A stretch of DNA of 12,040 nt from Candidatus Heimdallarchaeota archaeon (GTDB lineage: Archaea > Asgardarchaeota > Heimdallarchaeia > Hodarchaeales > Hodarchaeaceae): NCBI GenBank assembly GCA_019057635.1, contig DXJL01000146.1, positions 1 through 12,040 of the forward strand, read 5' to 3'. The notes beneath the pieces are model-generated. The model was not told the DNA's origin, made no database searches, and was given only the letters and a program-made list of their open reading frames with translations. The first letter of the stretch is position 1. Every line of letters starts with the position of its first letter. Position numbers and translations under genes: made by a program. Below are positions 8,824 to 12,040 of this stretch, piece after piece.

Positions 8824-9063
8824 ATGAGCCGTCCAACAGCGTTCGTAATGATCAATGCCGAAATTGGCGAAGAAGAAGAAGTTCTCAGATTCTTAAATGA
8901 GGATATTAAAGTTGATGAAGCCTACGTAGTTTATGGGGTTTACGATCTAGTGTGTAAAGTCTCATCCGATACCATGAAGAATTTAAAAGACATGGTTATT
9001 AATCAAATTCGACAAGCTAAAGGTGTTAGGTCAACTCTAACAATGGTTATTGTTAGTAAATAG
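8824..9063 (+). CDS. Stand-alone Lrp/AsnC ligand-binding (RAM) domain protein
   Basis: MSRPTAFVMINAEIG...EAYVVYGVYDLVCKV...IRQAKGVRSTLTMVI is a typical RAM domain with no HTH. ATG 8824 is preferred over TTG 8791, giving 79 aa. Confidence 0.92.
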   Translation: MSRPTAFVMINAEIGEEEEVLRFLNEDIKVDEAYVVYGVYDLVCKVSSDTMKNLKDMVINQIRQAKGVRSTLTMVIVSK

Positions 9064-9140
9064 TCCCACAGTGACTATAGACCCTATTCTGCCGAATACT
9101 TCACTTATTTTCTTCCACCTACATTTTATATTTATTTTAG
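9060..9140 (+). terminator. Possible terminator region after the Lrp-RAM gene
   Basis: Short hairpin ATAGTC-CCACAGT-GACTAT (9060-9078) over the stop codon, followed by T-rich tracts (TTATTTTCTT, ATTTTATATTTATTTT). Confidence 0.3.
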
Positions 9141-9194
9141 TGTCTCTGTTGCCATTGAAATGCAAATTAGCCCCCATATTCCGAATCGATGTGT

Positions 9195-9232
9195 GAATAA
9201 ACTTATATAATATGCAAAAGTCATATTATGAC
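9195..9232 (+). promoter_or_regulatory. Candidate BRE/TATA promoter with downstream palindromic operator for the membrane protein gene
   Basis: GAATAAAC-TTATATAA (TATA at 9203-9210) followed by the palindrome GTCATA-T-TATGAC at 9220-9232, near the expected transcription start. Confidence 0.5.
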
Positions 9233-9313
9233 CTGACTATTTTCTGAAAAAGTGGTTAGGTGTTAAAATTTTTACCAATTAATTTTCAAATTATTGTACG
9301 TTTGTGATCAAAA

Positions 9314-10777
9314 ATGAGTGTCTCAAATTATAAAAAACCCGATATTAAAACTAATTTTTCAAGTACGCCCACGTGGCTTTATTTGATTGTTGTAGTTGCC
9401 CTCTATGTTTTCGGGGCGTATGCATTTTACGATTTTATTGTTAAGCCTGAAAATGCTAGTATATTAGCTGAAATGTCTGAAGCATTGAAAGTTTTAGTCC
9501 CTATTTCTTTAGACTTTCTACCGCTCTTAATCGCGTTTATCTTAACGTTTCTAGTCGTAACTGTCATTCTAGCATTTGTAATTTTATGGATCATGAGTAA
9601 AGTTGCTAAACAGGTCACAATATTTGTTTCAGTTCTCTTTCCCGTACTGATGATGGTAGTAGGTGTTCTTATGATTGGAGGAGGAATAATAATGCCTGGG
9701 GATGAACAATTAGGCGCTTCGATGATGGGAATGTTTATTGCTGGCTTTGGATTTCTACTTTTAGCATTTGTCGTCTGGAAGTTTCGAGTGATTGAACGCA
9801 GTGGAAAATTTGTTGAATTTTCGGCTCAACTTGTACTCGATGAAAAAGCGGTCTTAGCTATGCCCTTATTACTGGGAATATATTCCATAATAACGGGGTT
9901 TTTCATGCTTTTTGGCTTTCTCAAAATCTACTCTCTCTTTGAGGTTACTAATGCTTTAGGTGAAACGGAATTAAGTTATCCTGGTCTAATAATGGCTATT
10001 ATCTTTGAATATTTCTATTTAATCGTGTACCTAGGTGTATATTACAGCCTATCTGCTGGAGTCATCTCTTATGCCAGTGATTGGTATAGAGGATTAGATC
10101 CTGATTTGGGATCTGCTATGAAAGATGTTCGTCAAGTATTTCCGATCATTCTCAAATTTGCTTTTGCGATGGCGACGGTAAAAATAATTATGCAGATTTT
10201 TACAGGTGCTGCTCGTGGTCAAACAACACGTACTGGTGGTAGAAATGCTGGTGCAGCAATTGGTGGTTTAATATTCGCTGCTATTGCAAGTCTCCTGATC
10301 TCCATTATTGGTGCAATCTGGATGTTTTTGAACTATTTTACCTTGGTGAGTATCGTGCAGAATAAGAAAGGCCTAGGAGATTCGATCAAAGATTCGGCCA
10401 AAACTACCTGGGGTGCACTAGTCGATGTCCTCGTTGGTGAGACAGGTTTTGGATTGACGACATTTATCTTTGCTGTTGTAAATTCATTGCTTTGGATCGG
10501 AATAGGATTCAGTCTAGGATTTGCTGTAACTCAAGAATTAACGTATGGAATTGTATTTGCGGTAATATTCGTTTTCCTTGGAACACTTCCCTACAATGTA
10601 GTTACTATGCCTATGAAAGTGGCTTTCCGCACCTTTATTTACTCTTATGCCAAAGATTCGGTTGAAGGGTTTAAAAAACCAAGCAGATTACCAGCAGAAT
10701 TACGAAATGAGTTTAAAACACTTTCTCGTAAAGATGTCAAAAAGCGCGGAATGCGTGATCCTTCTGAATATTTCTAA
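9314..10777 (+). CDS. Polytopic membrane protein (~10 TM), CTL/SLC44 choline-transporter-like / DUF6159-like
   Basis: About 10 hydrophobic segments. Segments FRVIERSGKFVEFSAQLVLDEKAVLAMP, AGVISYASDWY and FLNYFTLVSIVQNKKGLGDSIKDSAKTTWG..GFG resemble by eye conserved blocks of the CTL/Pns1 and DUF6159 families. The CDS is solid; the family call is tentative. Confidence 0.6.
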   Translation: MSVSNYKKPDIKTNFSSTPTWLYLIVVVALYVFGAYAFYDFIVKPENASILAEMSEALKVLVPISLDFLPLLIAFILTFLVVTVILAFVILWIMSKVAKQVTIFVSVLFPVLMMVVGVLMIGGGIIMPGDEQLGASMMGMFIAGFGFLLLAFVVWKFRVIERSGKFVEFSAQLVLDEKAVLAMPLLLGIYSIITGFFMLFGFLKIYSLFEVTNALGETELSYPGLIMAIIFEYFYLIVYLGVYYSLSAGVISYASDWYRGLDPDLGSAMKDVRQVFPIILKFAFAMATVKIIMQIFTGAARGQTTRTGGRNAGAAIGGLIFAAIASLLISIIGAIWMFLNYFTLVSIVQNKKGLGDSIKDSAKTTWGALVDVLVGETGFGLTTFIFAVVNSLLWIGIGFSLGFAVTQELTYGIVFAVIFVFLGTLPYNVVTMPMKVAFRTFIYSYAKDSVEGFKKPSRLPAELRNEFKTLSRKDVKKRGMRDPSEYF

Positions 10778-11418
10778 GTCAGCTTAGAATTATTCTCTTT
10801 TTCCCTTTTTTTCCCTTCCAATTGAAAAGTAATTGATTCTGTTTTTTCAATTTCCTTAGATAATGATAAAATATCATGGATTTTCTCTACTAAGCCTAGG
10901 GATGATTGTATCGTATCTTCATGGTCTTTAAATAATATCATGGTTTCTATTGGTGAAGTTACTTTTTCTTGATAATCTACTTCAATTCTGTATGATTTGT
11001 TGACCCCAAATTGGTCTAGTAGAATTGAATGTAATCGAAGAGTCACAATTTGATTTTTAAGAATATCTGTGGTGCGTATCCACCGAAATAACCTTATATC
11101 TTTCCGTATTCCAGGAATTTCCTGAAAAAGATTTGTTTTAATGATTAAGGACTCTTGCCAACCAAATTCACGAATAGCCACTAATATACAGCCTGCCCCA
11201 AAAACAAACAAAATAAACGTAAAAGGAAACATCTCACTATGAATAATTGTAAGCCAAAAGATTGCCCAAGGACCTGTTTCGTCTAGAAAACTCCAATATC
11301 CCCACAAAAACATAATTTGAAACAATAAGCCCATTACCCCAAAGAAGAGGCCTCGTTCTTTACTACCCTTTCGTATAAACTTGACTTCATTTGATAGGGA
11401 TTCGTATTGAACGTTCAT
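10774..11418 (-). CDS. Hypothetical membrane protein (2 TM plus soluble beta-rich C-terminal domain)
   Basis: ATG at 11418 (MNVQYES) preceded by GGAGGAAAAAAA, giving 214 aa. Two hydrophobic helices. Its stop overlaps the stop of the convergent gene (CTAA, 10774-10777). Confidence 0.72.
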   Translation of the reverse strand: MNVQYESLSNEVKFIRKGSKERGLFFGVMGLLFQIMFLWGYWSFLDETGPWAIFWLTIIHSEMFPFTFILFVFGAGCILVAIREFGWQESLIIKTNLFQEIPGIRKDIRLFRWIRTTDILKNQIVTLRLHSILLDQFGVNKSYRIEVDYQEKVTSPIETMILFKDHEDTIQSSLGLVEKIHDILSLSKEIEKTESITFQLEGKKREKENNSKLT

Positions 11419-11530
11419 TTTTTTTCCTCCAATGTTGATGAGTGTTACGTTTTTAATTGAAAACCTTTTCATATTTATGAATTATCTTCGTTCTGAAATG
11501 TGATTCAAAGAGAAAAACTTGGTTATCAAT

Positions 11531-12040
11531 ATGAAAATCCTTCTAATAGAACCACCCAAAAAATTCTGGTTTGTTATGGGAGAATACCTACCCCCCCCTT
11601 ACAATCTACTCTTACTCGCAGCTGTAATAGAACAGCAATTACCAGATTCTACTGTAAAAGTAATCGACTCACAAGCGGAGAATCTCGACTGGTTTGGATT
11701 AGAAGAAGTAATAAAACGGGAAAAACCGGATATAGTGGGTTCTGGGAGTCATGCGACGTGTAATGTTTATAAAACGGTACGAACTCTTGATTTAGCCAAG
11801 CGAATCGATCCAGAGATCGTCACCATTGCGGGAGGCGCCCATTTCACCATGATGGATGAAATTTCTCTCAAGGAATACCCAAATATCGATCTGATCGTGC
11901 GATATGAAGGAGAAAAAGCTTTAATTGCAGTATTAACTCATGTACAGCAACAAGGATTTGCAAAAGAAGGGTTAAAATCCATCAAGGGAATATCGTTTGT
12001 TCATAATGAAAAATTTTATCGAACTGAAGATCATCCTCCG
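11531..12040 (+). CDS. Cobalamin-binding domain protein, most likely a B12-binding radical SAM enzyme (N-terminal part, runs off the window)
   Basis: My translation: MKILLIEPPKKFWFVMGEYLPPPYNLLLLAAVIEQ...VKVIDSQAE...KPDIVG...IVTIAGGAHFT...IDLIVRYEGE...IKGISF. This matches the N-terminal B12-binding domain of BchE-like radical SAM proteins. No stop before 12040. The CxxxCxxC motif is not within the window. Confidence 0.88.
   Translation, partial: MKILLIEPPKKFWFVMGEYLPPPYNLLLLAAVIEQQLPDSTVKVIDSQAENLDWFGLEEVIKREKPDIVGSGSHATCNVYKTVRTLDLAKRIDPEIVTIAGGAHFTMMDEISLKEYPNIDLIVRYEGEKALIAVLTHVQQQGFAKEGLKSIKGISFVHNEKFYRTEDHPP

Noticed and set aside
9427-9618. 63-aa minus-strand ORF
   Set aside because: Antisense to a hydrophobic coding stretch of the membrane protein.
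11591-11598. C8 homopolymer as a possible phase-variation or frameshift site
   Set aside because: It encodes Pro-Pro-Pro in frame, where B12-binding domains normally carry a PP motif, and the frame stays open.
11500-11763. 87-aa plus-strand ORF from the track
   Set aside because: Wrong frame. The real gene starts at 11531 in another frame.

Overview
AT-rich, gene-dense archaeal-looking window. TATA-like boxes, a stand-alone Lrp RAM domain, a tungsten-type AOR and an ACT-less homoserine dehydrogenase suggest an anaerobic archaeon, possibly Asgard (inference, not provable here). Left to right: CDP-alcohol phosphatidyltransferase (+), class I SAM methyltransferase (-), cysS (+), then a tightly spaced minus-strand four-gene operon. 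In transcription order the operon is an uncharacterised ~426-aa probable TIM-barrel protein, an aspartate-type aminotransferase, homoserine dehydrogenase and aldehyde:ferredoxin oxidoreductase. It is divergent from a stand-alone Lrp/AsnC ligand-binding protein. Next come a ~10-TM membrane protein resembling the CTL/SLC44 choline-transporter-like and DUF6159 families (+), a 2-TM hypothetical (-), and the N-terminus of a B12-binding radical SAM-type protein missing from the ORF track (+, truncated). The best candidates for undescribed biology are the operon, which could be a kinase-free aspartate/homoserine route with an unknown enzyme, and the long SLC44-like transporter. No RNA genes, CRISPR arrays or mobile elements were seen.
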